The notes: generated by a model from the sequence alone, not told the origin. Positions 54,035-64,000 are shown, numbered from the stretch's first letter. The stretch is DNA of 64,000 nucleotides from Verrucomicrobia bacterium Tous-C9LFEB (GCA_002304345.1 NEUU01000005.1:165933-229932), one strand, 5' to 3'. Translations and numbers: made by a program.

Positions 54035-55489
54035 CTAGACGGGCAATTTCACCGTGAAGAGCGAGCCCTTGCCGAGGTGACTCTCCACAGTGACGAGGCC
54101 GCCGTGAGCGGTCACGATGGCGCGAACGAAACTCAGGCCGAGACCGAGACCGCGCTGGGTGCGGCTCGCGTCGCCGCGGAACAAGCGGTTCCAGATGCGT
54201 GGGAGATCCTCGGCGGAAATGCCTTCGCCGCTATCCTGCACGGTCAGCACCACCTGTGCGCCTTCGGAACGGATGGCGATCGACACGGTTCCCTTGTGCG
54301 GGGTGTACTTGAGCGCGTTGTCGAGCAGATTGGCGACGACTTGCTGGAGTCGCACGCGATCGGCATGCAGAATGACTCCGGCCGGAAGATCCGGAGTGAC
54401 GGTGATTTCTTTTTCCTCGGCGATGATGTCGTACAGATCCACGACCGACTCGACCAGCTTGCCGAGATCGACTTCCACGCGATTGAGCCGCATCGTGCCG
54501 GTTTCCGCTTCAGAAATATCCATGAGCGTCATCAACATCGTGCTTACGCGGTCGGACTCCTCCACGCAATCGGCCAGCGCCTCGCGCAGGGCTTCCGCAT
54601 TCTCCGGCGATTGCAAGGCCAGTTCCGCCGTGCCGCGCAGGCGGGTGACCGGAGTGCGCAAATCGTGCGCCACGTTGTCGAGGGCGGCACGCATGCCGTA
54701 GATCAGTGATTCGTTGCGGTCGAGCATCCGGTTGAAAAGCGTCACGAGATCGTCGAGTTCATCGCCATTGCTGGGTGCTGGCACCCGCGCGCGCATGTCG
54801 CCGGTGGAAATAATGGAACGGATCGTCGCGACGAGTTGTCGTAGCGGGAGTAGGGCGCGATGCGTGATGACGGCTCCTCCGCAAAATCCGAGCAGGATCG
54901 TCGGCACGAGACCGATGAGAAAGAGCAGCCGGAAACGTTCCAGAAACCGCGCGCGATTCTCGGTCAACAGGCCCGCCTGCAGCCACGTGCCGTCGCGCGT
55001 TGTGGCGGCGGCGGCGCTCCAGATGCGATTCGGATCATGCGCGGGGATCAGGACGAAATGAGCGACATCCGGTTCGCTGGCAGCGGGCAGGGCGCCGAGA
55101 CGGCGCTGGTCGATGGCCTCGCCGGAGGAGGTCTGCGAGTAGAAGATATTTTGACGCGGATTGGAAAGCCGCACGAAAAACGAATCGCGCTCGGCGGCGG
55201 CGAGACCGTTGAGCCGTTGTTGCAGGAGCGGCACGCCGCCCTCGTTGTACCAGACGATGCAGAGGCGGACGCGGTCGAGGGCGATGTCGCGGTCGCGTTG
55301 TTGCAAGGTGGCGGCAATAAAGTAATACGCCACGCCGTAGAGCGCGCCGAGAGCGATGAGGAGAAAGCCGGTGTACCAGAGATTCAACCGCAGGCTGAAG
55401 GAACGACCCGCCCCTTGCCACGCGGTGCTTTTTCCGGCCAATTCCTTGACCAGTTCCGGATGGCTGGGCTTGCTCGATTCGGGGGACAT
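54035..55489 (-). CDS. Sensor histidine kinase (two TM, HAMP, HisKA, HATPase_c)
   Basis: H-box ([11 protein letters not shown]), N/G boxes (LDNALKYTP; [13 protein letters not shown]). The start is set at MSPESS, giving an ATGA overlap with the response-regulator stop. Confidence 0.85.
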   Translation of the reverse strand: MSPESSKPSHPELVKELAGKSTAWQGAGRSFSLRLNLWYTGFLLIALGALYGVAYYFIAATLQQRDRDIALDRVRLCIVWYNEGGVPLLQQRLNGLAAAERDSFFVRLSNPRQNIFYSQTSSGEAIDQRRLGALPAASEPDVAHFVLIPAHDPNRIWSAAAATTRDGTWLQAGLLTENRARFLERFRLLFLIGLVPTILLGFCGGAVITHRALLPLRQLVATIRSIISTGDMRARVPAPSNGDELDDLVTLFNRMLDRNESLIYGMRAALDNVAHDLRTPVTRLRGTAELALQSPENAEALREALADCVEESDRVSTMLMTLMDISEAETGTMRLNRVEVDLGKLVESVVDLYDIIAEEKEITVTPDLPAGVILHADRVRLQQVVANLLDNALKYTPHKGTVSIAIRSEGAQVVLTVQDSGEGISAEDLPRIWNRLFRGDASRTQRGLGLGLSFVRAIVTAHGGLVTVESHLGKGSLFTVKLPV

Positions 55490-56169
55490 CACTTTTTTTC
55501 CACGCGCAACGAGTAACCGGAGCCGCGCAGGGTGTGAATCAGCTTGGGTTCGAAATCGCGGTCGACCTTGTTCCGCAGCCGGCACACGAGCACGTCGACG
55601 ACATTGGTCTGCGGATCGAAACTATAATCCCAGATGTGTTCGAGGATCATTGTTTTCGACACCACCCGGCCCGCATTGCGCAGCAGGTATTCCAACAACG
55701 AAAACTCCCGCGCCTGCAGTTCGATCTGCTGGCCGCTACGAGTCACCTCGCGCGTGACCAGATTCATGGAGAGATCCTCCAGCGAGAGCGTGGTGGTCTC
55801 CGATGTGCGTGTCGCGCGGCGCAGATGCGCCTGCAGACGGGCGAGCAGTTCGGAGAAGGAAAACGGTTTGGTCAGGTAATCATCGCCGCCGCGTTGCAAG
55901 CCTGCGATGCGGTCGTCCACGTCGCGTTTCGCGCTCAGGATAATCACCGGCATCTTCAACTGCCGCGCGCGCCAGCGTTCGATCATGGCCAGCCCGTCGA
56001 GCTTCGGCAACATGATGTCGACCACGGCCGCATCGTAGGGGTTGGCCAGACCGAACTCCACGCCGTCCTCGCCGTTGTCCGCCACATCCACGGCAAAGCC
56101 CGCCTGCTTGAGGCCCTTCGCCACGAAGGAGGCGATCTTCTTGTCATCTTCCACGACGAGTATGCGCAC
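55489..56169 (-). CDS. OmpR-family response regulator
   Basis: REC domain (MRILVVEDD...DIMLPKLDG) plus a winged-helix trans_reg_C domain. Confidence 0.9.
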   Translation of the reverse strand: MRILVVEDDKKIASFVAKGLKQAGFAVDVADNGEDGVEFGLANPYDAAVVDIMLPKLDGLAMIERWRARQLKMPVIILSAKRDVDDRIAGLQRGGDDYLTKPFSFSELLARLQAHLRRATRTSETTTLSLEDLSMNLVTREVTRSGQQIELQAREFSLLEYLLRNAGRVVSKTMILEHIWDYSFDPQTNVVDVLVCRLRNKVDRDFEPKLIHTLRGSGYSLRVEKK

Positions 56170-56183
56170 AGGAATAAGGTAGG

Positions 56184-57056
56184 TTAAGGAGTGGCTTTCA
56201 GCAAATCCGGTTCCACGGTGGCGATCTGGGATTGGTTCACCCAGGCCGATTTGCCTTTTTCGTACCGGACCAAAACGTAATCGCCGTATTTCTTCTCCGC
56301 GTTGACCGAGTCACCTTCGGGCAGCGTGGTCATCACCTCGGATTTATCAAAGGGCGAGACGAGCAGCGAGGCTTGCTTGACGATGACGATGGCCTCGTGC
56401 CGATCCTGCACCGACATCGCTCCGCAGGCGACGATGAGAAAAAGCACCGCCACGTTGAGGAAAAGAATCAATCGCCAGATCGGCGTGAGAAGTGGCGTGC
56501 TGACGCCGACGCGCTGCAACCACTCAGGCCGTACCAACCGCACGACCCAGAGCAGACAGAGGAGGGAGAAGGCGAAGCTGGCCGCCCACGCCCATTGACT
56601 CGGGTTCAGCGATTTCAGGAGCACGCGCCACCACCGCTCGGAAGGTTGCGGCAGGCCGGATTGGGTGCGGGCATATTTCAGGTTGGCGTGAATATCCGGG
56701 TCGCGCGGGTCGAGCCGCAGCGCGCGCTCGTAGTTGAGAATAGCGAGTCCGACCTGGCCATGACGGTAGTAAGCGTTACCGAGATTGAAGAGCACTGAGG
56801 CGGAGTAACCGTTTTGCTTGAGGAGATTTTCGTAACCGCTGATGGCCTCAGTGTATTTGCCCGAGCCGAACGCGCGATTCGCTGCGTCGAAGGCCGTATC
56901 GGCGGGCGCGGCGTGAAGCAGGCCCGAGGACAAGAGTATGAGTAATAGCAGCAAGATCAGCTTGGTTCCGAATTGTAGGGCGGTTCTGTGAACCGCCGCG
57001 GCGGCACACAGTGCCGCCCTACAACACGGATTTACATCAAGGGTAACGTGCCTCAT
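56184..57056 (-). CDS. BatE-like TPR + SH3-domain protein
   Basis: TPR repeats (YTEAISGYENLLK...LGNAYYRHGQ...AILNYERALRLDP), a TM segment and a C-terminal SH3-like region. Last gene of the Bat-type operon. A REP element lies within the annotated N-terminus. Confidence 0.65.
   Translation of the reverse strand: MRHVTLDVNPCCRAALCAAAAVHRTALQFGTKLILLLLLILLSSGLLHAAPADTAFDAANRAFGSGKYTEAISGYENLLKQNGYSASVLFNLGNAYYRHGQVGLAILNYERALRLDPRDPDIHANLKYARTQSGLPQPSERWWRVLLKSLNPSQWAWAASFAFSLLCLLWVVRLVRPEWLQRVGVSTPLLTPIWRLILFLNVAVLFLIVACGAMSVQDRHEAIVIVKQASLLVSPFDKSEVMTTLPEGDSVNAEKKYGDYVLVRYEKGKSAWVNQSQIATVEPDLLKATP
56974..57024. repeat. REP-like double-hairpin element (copy 5), at the batD|batE junction
   Basis: TGTAGG-[GCGGTTCTGTGAACCGCC]-[GCGGCGGCACACAGTGCCGCC]-CTACAA. 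Confidence 0.75.
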
Positions 57057-58963
57057 ACCTTCTTCTCCAATCGGCCCAGCAGCGACACGATGGCTTTTTG
57101 CCAATCGGCGAGCGTGACATCGGTGTGGGCTTCGCCCGAGTAAGCCATTTCATCGGCCACAAGGAAGAGACTCTTCAGCGAGTCCGCCAGTTCCGTGCTG
57201 CGTTCACTGATGACCTCGAACGTGATGTCGTCGGCCTTGATGCGCCAGCGGTCCGCCAGCCGGAACTGCACGGCGCGTCGCGCGGCGGTGAAGAACGCCG
57301 CGGCATCGTTGCGCGCCACGGCGGTATTCATCGCTTCCAGTTGAGTGCGCACCGTGCGATTCGCTTCGTGGGTGCGGGCATAATCGGGATCGTTCTCCAG
57401 TCGTTGACGACGGCGGGCGACGAGGAATCCCGCCACCAGCGCGATCAGGGGAACGCCTTGCGCGGCGATGAAAAGGGGATTGCGGAAAACGGGGGTGAAG
57501 TTCGCGACGAAGGGTGAGAGGTACACCTTGATCGGCACCAGCGCGGGCTCGGCCGGTTTGGCATCCTCCTCGACTTTTTGGGTGGCGGAGGGAGTTGCGG
57601 TCGGAGTGACTGCTGCGACGGGTGACGCGGGCGCTTCGCTGATGGCCACGCGCGGTGCTTCCACGGTGCGCGTTACGTATTGCTTTGTATCGGGATTAAA
57701 GAAGGTGAACGAGATGGGCGGCAGCGATCCCACCTTCAGCGGCACCACGGCCTCGGTGAAAATCTTGCGGCCTTCCAGACCGAGATCGTCGCGCAACTCG
57801 ACCTTGCTCGTGGGCGAGTAAGTCTTGAATCCGTCGGTCGAGGTGAGCACGGGCGCATTCACGCGGTCGAGGTTGCCCTTGCCGTCGATTGTCATCTCGA
57901 GGCTGATTGGTTCGCCTACCTTCACCTTGTCCGGCTGCGCCTTGACGGTGAGGGTGTAATCGCCGATCGCGCCGCTGAAGTTCTCCGGCTTGCCTTCATT
58001 CGGCACGGACGAAATTTTCCAATTCTGCGTGGTGCTCTGCACCTTCTTTTCCACCATGCGGTATTGCGAGAACATGGCATCGAGGAGGCTTTCGTCGAGG
58101 CCGCCGGGACGGCGCATCTTCACCCGTTCCGCCACGCGGATGCTCTGTTCGACACCGACGGTATAGTCGCCCGTTTTGACCGGCACGACGGCGACATTCC
58201 AGATCCCGACATTATAGAGCGTGTTGTCGATCATTTCCTGATCCTGCTCGAGTTTTTTGGGCAGCGTCACGGTGAACGCATCGCTGAGGAATTTCAACGG
58301 AGAAGGGACGAGCTCCGCCTGACGATCCGCGCGGACATAGAGTTTCACCGTCACCGGCACCACCTGGCCCACGACCATTTCATTGCGCGGACTGTAGAGA
58401 CGCAGAAAGACGGTTTCGTTGCCGACGTTCACCGGTTTCGGCGTGGTCGTGCTCGGGCGCGGGGCGGGAGCCGGGGCTTGGGGATCGGGCGCAGTGTTGC
58501 CCGCAACATAGGGAGAGGAAGTGGCGGGAGCCACGGCGGGCGGCGGGGGTGCCTGACCCTGACCTTGGAATACTTTCAGCGCGAGCGGGGCGGTGGCGAC
58601 TTTCTGTCCACCTGCTTCGACTTGGAAAGAGGGAATGACGTACTGGCCCTCCGCGTTGGGCAGCACCGCAAAGACATAAAAACTTTGCTGGGCCATCACG
58701 CCATTGATGATTTGCAGCGAGCTCTGCGTGCCGCGCGAAACGATGTCGAGATTCTCCACCTGCGGAAGACTGATCCGCGCCGAGCTCGCGCCGGTCACTT
58801 CGACGGTCAACTGAGCGGCTTGGCCGAGCGCGACCTGTCGCGGCTCGATCGTCGCGCGGACGCTGACATCGGCGGCCCGCAAGGACAGCAGACCGAGCCC
58901 GGCCAGCAAGCCCATGCAGGCGGCGGCGGTCACGTAGACCCGGGTCTGAGACATCGTTTTCAT
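57053..58963 (-). CDS. BatD-like oxygen-tolerance protein
   Basis: Signal peptide, a large beta-rich extracytoplasmic region, and a C-terminal TM + cytoplasmic domain. Position and sequence fit BatD. Confidence 0.7.
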   Translation of the reverse strand: MKTMSQTRVYVTAAACMGLLAGLGLLSLRAADVSVRATIEPRQVALGQAAQLTVEVTGASSARISLPQVENLDIVSRGTQSSLQIINGVMAQQSFYVFAVLPNAEGQYVIPSFQVEAGGQKVATAPLALKVFQGQGQAPPPPAVAPATSSPYVAGNTAPDPQAPAPAPRPSTTTPKPVNVGNETVFLRLYSPRNEMVVGQVVPVTVKLYVRADRQAELVPSPLKFLSDAFTVTLPKKLEQDQEMIDNTLYNVGIWNVAVVPVKTGDYTVGVEQSIRVAERVKMRRPGGLDESLLDAMFSQYRMVEKKVQSTTQNWKISSVPNEGKPENFSGAIGDYTLTVKAQPDKVKVGEPISLEMTIDGKGNLDRVNAPVLTSTDGFKTYSPTSKVELRDDLGLEGRKIFTEAVVPLKVGSLPPISFTFFNPDTKQYVTRTVEAPRVAISEAPASPVAAVTPTATPSATQKVEEDAKPAEPALVPIKVYLSPFVANFTPVFRNPLFIAAQGVPLIALVAGFLVARRRQRLENDPDYARTHEANRTVRTQLEAMNTAVARNDAAAFFTAARRAVQFRLADRWRIKADDITFEVISERSTELADSLKSLFLVADEMAYSGEAHTDVTLADWQKAIVSLLGRLEKKV

Positions 58964-58976
58964 TTTCGGAAAATCC

Positions 58977-61016
58977 TTACCAATCCTTCTTCACGGCACG
59001 CTGGTCGGCTTTCTCGTTCTGTTTGCCTTGCAGTAGCATTACCTTCTTCTCATCTCCCTTGGCAGAATCAAGCAGATTACGCGCTTCCGCCTTGCTCATT
59101 TGACCGGGACGCGGCTCCTCGCCACCGTCTTCACCCTGTTTGGCCTGCTGCGGTTTTTGATCTGGCTGCTGGCCCGGCTTGTTTTCCGGCTGGGCGGGTT
59201 GCTTCTTGTCCTCGGGTTTTTGACCGTTCTGCCCGGCCTGATCCTTGTTCTGATTCTGATCTTTTTTCTCATCAGGTTTGCCACCCTGATTTTGGTTCTG
59301 GGAGTTGGACGAATTCGATTGGTTGTTTTTGTCCTGATTTTTATCTTTGTTATCGGGATTCTGATTCTTGTCTTTATCGGATTGATTTTGATTCTGCTGG
59401 TTCTTGTCCTGATTCTTTTGATCCTGCTTTTGCTGCTGATCCTGTTGCTGGTCGTTCTTCTGCTGTTGCGGCGGTTGCTGCTTCTTTAATTCCTCCAGCT
59501 TCTTCTTCACATAATCGCGGTTGTACTTCGCATCGGCGTCATCGGCCTTGATGCGCAGCGCGCCTTCGTAGGCTTGAATCGCCTGTTCCCACGCGCCAAT
59601 GGTCTGCTGGGGATTGCTCTTCTCCGTCTCCTGACCGACACGATACAGCGTGTTACCGAGATTGTAGGACGTATTTTGCACGATGGCCGGGTCCTGAGCT
59701 CCGAGCGCTTTCTGAAAGGCTTGCGCGGCTTCGTTCCATTGACCCGCCTTGTAGGCGGAAGCGCCCACGTTGTACTGCAGCTCCGCGCGATCCGGATGCT
59801 TCTTTTCCTCGGCGGAATATTGCTGCAGGGCCATGCCGTACTGACCTTTCTTGTACGCTTCCTCGGCGGAACCGGGCGAAGCCTGTGCCGTGAATCCCGA
59901 GAGCAGTAGCGCGCCCAGAAGGATCGCCACCGGGGCGGAACGCTTGCGGTCGCGGTGTTGCACGGTGATGTGGTGCTTCGGCCGGATGTCGCGCGATTCG
60001 AGACGGCGCTTGGCCGGAGCGCGACGTTCGATGAGGAGAAGTTCGATGATGAAAAGCGCGAGCGCCAGTCCGAGCGGCCATTGGAAACGCTCGTAGTAGA
60101 CACGTTGCTGGCGCGAGGAGAGATCGTATTGCGGCAGCGTCTTCAGATCGCGATTGTAGATCTTGATCAGACCCTGGCCATCGGAGCCGAGGGGTTCGTA
60201 GGAACCGCCGGTGACGTCCGCGATCTGGCGCAGCATCTTGTCATCCAGTCGAGACTTCACGAAGTTGCCGCTCTCGTCCTTGGCGAAGGAGACGCCGCCG
60301 CGTTCGTCCGGCACGGGGACGAGTTCACCTGTCGAGGAACCGACGCCGATCGTATAGATTTTCACGCCCTGCTTCGCCGCATCGCGGGCCACATCGAGCG
60401 CGCGGCCTTCCAGATCCTCGCCATCGGTGATCAGGACAAGGATCTTGTGATTCTGACCTTCGTTCACGAACGCCGCCTCGGCTTCCGTGATGGCGCTGGC
60501 CACATCGGTGCCGCCGCGCGGAATGATCGTCGTGTCGAGTGCCTGCAAACTTTCCAGGAAAGCGGAGTGATCCAGCGTGAGCGGGCATTGTAGGAACGCT
60601 TCGCCCGCGAAGGCAATCAGGCCGACGCGGTCGCCGCCGATTTGATCGACGAGATCATTCACCGCGAGCTTGGCACGGGTCAGGCGGTCGGGCTTCACAT
60701 CCTGCGCGAGCATGCTTTTGGACGTATCGACGGCGATCAGAATATCGATGCCGCGGCGCTTGATTTCCTCCCAGTAAAAGCCCCATTGCGGACGCGCCAG
60801 TGCGGTGAAGAGCATCGCCACGGCGAGCACCCAGAGGATCTGTTTGATCAGGCGCAATTGCGGCGACATGCTCGCCGTGAGTTGCGGCAGGAGATGACTC
60901 GCGGCGAATTTCTCGAGTGTGCGGCGGCGCGCCTGACCCGACAGGCGGAACGCGAGCACGAGCAGCGCACAGACGGCGAGACCAACAGCAAGCCAGAGGG
61001 GTTGGGCAAAAGTCAT
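58977..61016 (-). CDS. BatB/BatC-like fusion: vWA domain + TPR repeats + ~170-aa Q/N/K/D-rich low-complexity tail
   Basis: vWA MIDAS (ILIAVDTSKSM), TPR region (YNVGASAYKAGQWNEAAQAFQKAL...), then QQPPQQQKNDQQQDQQQKQDQKNQDKNQQNQNQ... Confidence 0.75.
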   Translation of the reverse strand: MTFAQPLWLAVGLAVCALLVLAFRLSGQARRRTLEKFAASHLLPQLTASMSPQLRLIKQILWVLAVAMLFTALARPQWGFYWEEIKRRGIDILIAVDTSKSMLAQDVKPDRLTRAKLAVNDLVDQIGGDRVGLIAFAGEAFLQCPLTLDHSAFLESLQALDTTIIPRGGTDVASAITEAEAAFVNEGQNHKILVLITDGEDLEGRALDVARDAAKQGVKIYTIGVGSSTGELVPVPDERGGVSFAKDESGNFVKSRLDDKMLRQIADVTGGSYEPLGSDGQGLIKIYNRDLKTLPQYDLSSRQQRVYYERFQWPLGLALALFIIELLLIERRAPAKRRLESRDIRPKHHITVQHRDRKRSAPVAILLGALLLSGFTAQASPGSAEEAYKKGQYGMALQQYSAEEKKHPDRAELQYNVGASAYKAGQWNEAAQAFQKALGAQDPAIVQNTSYNLGNTLYRVGQETEKSNPQQTIGAWEQAIQAYEGALRIKADDADAKYNRDYVKKKLEELKKQQPPQQQKNDQQQDQQQKQDQKNQDKNQQNQNQSDKDKNQNPDNKDKNQDKNNQSNSSNSQNQNQGGKPDEKKDQNQNKDQAGQNGQKPEDKKQPAQPENKPGQQPDQKPQQAKQGEDGGEEPRPGQMSKAEARNLLDSAKGDEKKVMLLQGKQNEKADQRAVKKDW

Positions 61017-61034
61017 GGGATTCTCCAGTGGATA

Positions 61035-62036
61035 TTAGGGCAATCTCCGAAAGCGGGTGTGGGCGAGACCGAGTTCCGCGCCGAGCAGCAGGAAGGCCGG
61101 GATCAACGCCAGCGCAAAGAGGTCGCGGAAGTTCTCGTACTTCTTCATCGTCTGCGTGGTCTTTTCCAGGCGATCGATCTCCGCGTAAATGCGGCGCAGC
61201 GAATCGGTATCCGTGGCGCGGTAGAAACGACCCCCGGTGATGTCCGCGATGGTCTTGAGATTTTTTTCGTCCACATCGACCGGGATGGTGACGATGCGGC
61301 GGCGACCGAATTCATCCGTGATCGGAATCGGGGCGGGACCTTCGGAACCGGCGGCGATGGTGTAGACCTTCACCCCGAGCGCGTGGGCCGCTTCAGCGGC
61401 GGTGAGGGGAGCGATTTTGCCGGTGTTGTTCACGCCGTCGGTGAGAAGCACGATCACCTTCGACTTGGCGACCTGACCGCGCAGGCGGTTCACGCTGGAG
61501 GCGAGACCCGAACCGATGGCGGTGCCGTCCTGGCTCAGGCCGACCTGTAGGCGTTCGATATTTTGCAGCAGCCAATCGTGATCGAGCGTCAGCGGGCTGA
61601 CGAGGTACGGCTGTCCCGCGAAGGCCACCATGCCGATGCGGTCATTGGGCCGCGCTTCCACAAACTTGCCGACCACTTCCTTCACCACTTCCAGTCGCGA
61701 GATGGCCTGACCGGCGCGTTGGTAATCCATCGCCTGCATCGAACCGGACACGTCGACCGCGAGAATCATGTCGATGCCGCTGGCATTGACCTCGGTGGAG
61801 CTCTTGCCGTGCTGCGGCCGGGCGAGGGCGACAATCACGAACGCGAGCGCGAGCAGGCGCAAGGTCGTCAGCCACGCGCCCGCACTGGTGCGGCGCAGCG
61901 TGCCGAGACGGCGCACCGTGTCGACGCTCGGATATTGCACGGCGGCGGCGCGGCCCTTGCGGCCCATCCAGAGCGCGAGCAGGGGGAGAAGCAGGAGCAA
62001 CCAGAGAAATTCGGGATTGGCAAAACGGTAGAGCAT
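61035..62036 (-). CDS. BatA-like vWA-domain membrane protein
   Basis: N-terminal TM helices and MIDAS (ILAVDVSGSMQAMD). Confidence 0.8.
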   Translation of the reverse strand: MLYRFANPEFLWLLLLLPLLALWMGRKGRAAAVQYPSVDTVRRLGTLRRTSAGAWLTTLRLLALAFVIVALARPQHGKSSTEVNASGIDMILAVDVSGSMQAMDYQRAGQAISRLEVVKEVVGKFVEARPNDRIGMVAFAGQPYLVSPLTLDHDWLLQNIERLQVGLSQDGTAIGSGLASSVNRLRGQVAKSKVIVLLTDGVNNTGKIAPLTAAEAAHALGVKVYTIAAGSEGPAPIPITDEFGRRRIVTIPVDVDEKNLKTIADITGGRFYRATDTDSLRRIYAEIDRLEKTTQTMKKYENFRDLFALALIPAFLLLGAELGLAHTRFRRLP

Positions 62037-62050
62037 GGGGACTCCTTTTC

Positions 62051-62893
62051 TTAAGCTTCGGAACTACGCAATTCGGGGGCGGTGGGAGAATTGGCTTCGA
62101 GTGCGGGATTGGTGGCGGTGACAAACGCAACCGCGCTGGTGTGCATCTTCTCCATTTCTTCGGGCGAGAGCGTCCAGCGGGCGAACTTCGCCAGATCGCA
62201 ATGCTTGAGGAATTCTTCCAACAGCGGCGCATGCTCGGCCAACCGGGTCGAGGGTTTGTCGACGAGATCGTGGAGAAATTCCTCGGTCGTGCGATGGGCC
62301 GCGCGGGTGCCGAAGCGGGCTTCGATATAGTTGCGGGTGATCTCCGACACGCGGAAGGAATACTCGCGTACTTTGTCCGGAGCCATCAGGCTGCGCGCCT
62401 GGTCGAGAGCTTCGAGGGCGAGTTCAAACGACGTCTTGGCCCGTTCCTTCGCGCGGCTCTTCCACCAGCGATAGAGCGCATACAGCGCGGCAGCGAGGGC
62501 GAGGCCGCCTAACAGATAGACCAGCCACATCCACGACGGCGCGATGTGCACCACGCCGCGAATGTCGCGGATATCATCCGCTGTCGTTGTGTTGGCCGAC
62601 GCGGGCAGCGTCGCGCCGCCGGGAGTGGCGACGGAGAACGGCGCGGAGGATGTTGTGGTGGGAACGGAGGTCGAGTTCGTGCTGCCGTACTTGAGCGGAT
62701 CGGCCGAGGCGAGATCGATGGCGAGGAAAATCAGCGCGAGCGTGAGCACCGCGACCCAGAGCTGGGACAGCAGGCGGCGCGGGGCCAGGGGATGTTCCTC
62801 CACCTGGGCTTCGACGCGATAACCCGGGATGGCGCTCACATTGCGGCGGTGCGCGTAGCGTTGGGGCGGGGGAAATTGCAGGATGGTGGCCAT
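62051..62893 (-). CDS. DUF4381-like membrane protein of the Bat/MoxR operon
   Basis: Two TM helices and a S/T/P-rich segment. Sits between the DUF58 and BatA genes as in canonical Bat operons. The start is set at MATIL, giving an ATGA overlap with the DUF58 stop. Confidence 0.5.
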   Translation of the reverse strand: MATILQFPPPQRYAHRRNVSAIPGYRVEAQVEEHPLAPRRLLSQLWVAVLTLALIFLAIDLASADPLKYGSTNSTSVPTTTSSAPFSVATPGGATLPASANTTTADDIRDIRGVVHIAPSWMWLVYLLGGLALAAALYALYRWWKSRAKERAKTSFELALEALDQARSLMAPDKVREYSFRVSEITRNYIEARFGTRAAHRTTEEFLHDLVDKPSTRLAEHAPLLEEFLKHCDLAKFARWTLSPEEMEKMHTSAVAFVTATNPALEANSPTAPELRSSEA

Positions 62894-62894
62894 A

Positions 62895-63803
62895 TTAACG
62901 TCTCCTCTTTCCACGGGAGTTGAAGAAATTCAGCAGCGCCGGGACGTACGGTTTTCCCGTGGCCAGCTCGAGCGTCTCCACGCCGCTGGAGCGGGTCAGG
63001 TGGCGCAGCTCATTCTGGCGTTCCTCGCTCAGCGCGGCAAAGGCGCGGCGGGTTTCCTCGCTGGCGGTATCGATCTCGTATTGCTCGCCCGTCTCGGAAT
63101 CCTCCACGGTGAGCAAGCCCATGTCGGGCAATTCGCGTTCATGCCGGTCTGAGATCGACAGGGCGATCAGGTCGTGGCGTTTATTCGTCAACCGCAACGC
63201 GGTTTGCAGCGGCGGCAACGGCGTAATGAAATCGGACAGCAGGAAGACCACCGCGCGGCGCTTGAGTACGCGATTCACAAAGTCGAGCGCGAGCGGGATG
63301 TCGGTGCCCTGCTGGCGCGGCTCGAAGAAAAGAATTTCGCGGACGACGCGCAGCACGTGACTGCGGCCTTTTTGCGGCGGGATGTAGGCTTCGATCTGGT
63401 CGGTGAAGAGCACCGCGCCGACCTTGTCGCGGTTGCGGATGGCGGAGAAGGCCAGGACGCTGGCCACCTCGGCGGCGAGTTCGCGCTTGCTCTGCGCGTT
63501 GGAACCGAAATTGCCGGACGCGCTCAAATCGATCATCAGCATGATCGTGAGTTCGCGTTCCTCGGTGAATTTCTTCACGAAGGTCGTGCCGCTGCGCGCC
63601 GTCACATTCCAGTCAATCATGCGCACCTCGTCGCCGGGCGAGTACTCGCGCACCTCGTCGAAATCCATGCCCCGGCCCTTGAAGACGGAGTGGTATTCGC
63701 CTGCGAGAGAGTCGTTGACGAGCCGGCTCGTGCGGATTTCGATCTGCCGCACCTTCTTCAAAATCTCCCGCGTGCGATCGCGGCCTTTGAGTTCGGTTTT
63801 CAT
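62895..63803 (-). CDS. DUF58 protein (vWA-like, MoxR-associated)
   Basis: Contains the ...RGMDFDEVREYSPGDEVRMIDWNVTARSG... DUF58 signature. The start is trimmed to MKTELKG because the upstream 18 codons of the track ORF are encoded by a family B MITE arm. Confidence 0.8.
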   Translation of the reverse strand: MKTELKGRDRTREILKKVRQIEIRTSRLVNDSLAGEYHSVFKGRGMDFDEVREYSPGDEVRMIDWNVTARSGTTFVKKFTEERELTIMLMIDLSASGNFGSNAQSKRELAAEVASVLAFSAIRNRDKVGAVLFTDQIEAYIPPQKGRSHVLRVVREILFFEPRQQGTDIPLALDFVNRVLKRRAVVFLLSDFITPLPPLQTALRLTNKRHDLIALSISDRHERELPDMGLLTVEDSETGEQYEIDTASEETRRAFAALSEERQNELRHLTRSSGVETLELATGKPYVPALLNFFNSRGKRRR

Positions 63804-63834
63804 GACCTGTCCAGTTCCAATGTTAATCTGCTGA

Positions 63835-63886
63835 CACACCCCGGCGCTTCGCGCCACCCCTCTTATTAGAGGGGACTCCTGCTTGC
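63835..63886. mobile_element. MITE-like element family B, half copy (single TIR arm)
   Basis: ACACACCCCGGCGCTTCGCGCCACCCCTCTTATTAGAGGGGACTCCTGCTTGC is near-identical to the arms at 45866/45952. No partner arm is seen to the right within the window. Confidence 0.65.
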
Positions 63887-63909
63887 GTGCTCCGGAATCG
63901 ACGCAGTGC

Positions 63910-64000
63910 TTTACGGCACCGGGAGCGTATCGAGGATCTTGGTGATGATCTGTTCGGACGTGGTGTTCTCCGCCTCGGCTTCGTAGGTGACCGTGACGCG
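63910..64000 (-). CDS. MoxR-like AAA+ ATPase, C-terminal fragment (gene continues beyond the window)
   Basis: Reverse translation ends ...EQIITKILDTLPVP*. Position upstream of the DUF58 gene matches canonical MoxR-DUF58-Bat operons. Only ~30 codons are visible. Confidence 0.4.

Noticed and set aside
59100-59489. 129-aa poly-Leu/Ile ORF on the plus strand.
   Set aside because: It is antisense to the Q/N/K-rich low-complexity tail of the BatB/C gene, a compositional mirror artefact.

Overview
This is a high-GC (~60%) Gram-negative chromosomal segment, probably from a Verrucomicrobiota-like organism, dominated by core housekeeping genes on both strands. All boundaries and calls come from reading the sequence and the ORF track by eye (no search, no folding, coordinates ±3 nt). 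Gene content in order: an alpha/beta hydrolase, two LPS-type glycosyltransferases, an ABC substrate-binding protein, lgt, a porin-like outer-membrane protein, a hybrid PAS histidine kinase, queD, a cyclophilin lipoprotein, ygfZ, tadA, and two tandem MCP genes with sigma-28-type promoters. These are followed by two small secreted beta-sandwich proteins flanking a VOC enzyme, a complete F1Fo ATP synthase operon (atpBEFHAGDC, minus strand), an aquaporin, an RRM protein, a lactonase, nfeD-flotillin, a small AT-rich island, DAHP synthase, pyruvate carboxylase and purSQLF. The right-hand end carries a secreted CBM-like/glycoside-hydrolase cluster, a class D (OXA-like) beta-lactamase, ispH, a two-component pair, and a Bat/aerotolerance-type operon (DUF58, DUF4381-like, BatA, BatB/C, BatD, BatE) with a partial MoxR ATPase gene at the window edge. 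No rRNA, tRNA or CRISPR array was recognised. The most unusual signal is non-coding. First, a quasi-palindromic AT-rich repeat built from 9-mer units sits in four intercistronic gaps of the atp operon. Second, there are several dispersed repeat families: a REP-like double hairpin with covarying stems, two MITE-like families with terminal inverted repeats, a perfect 41-bp inverted repeat, and a repeated upstream module carrying a conserved ~50-aa small ORF. Several of these have been translated into spurious N-termini or spurious ORFs in the track.
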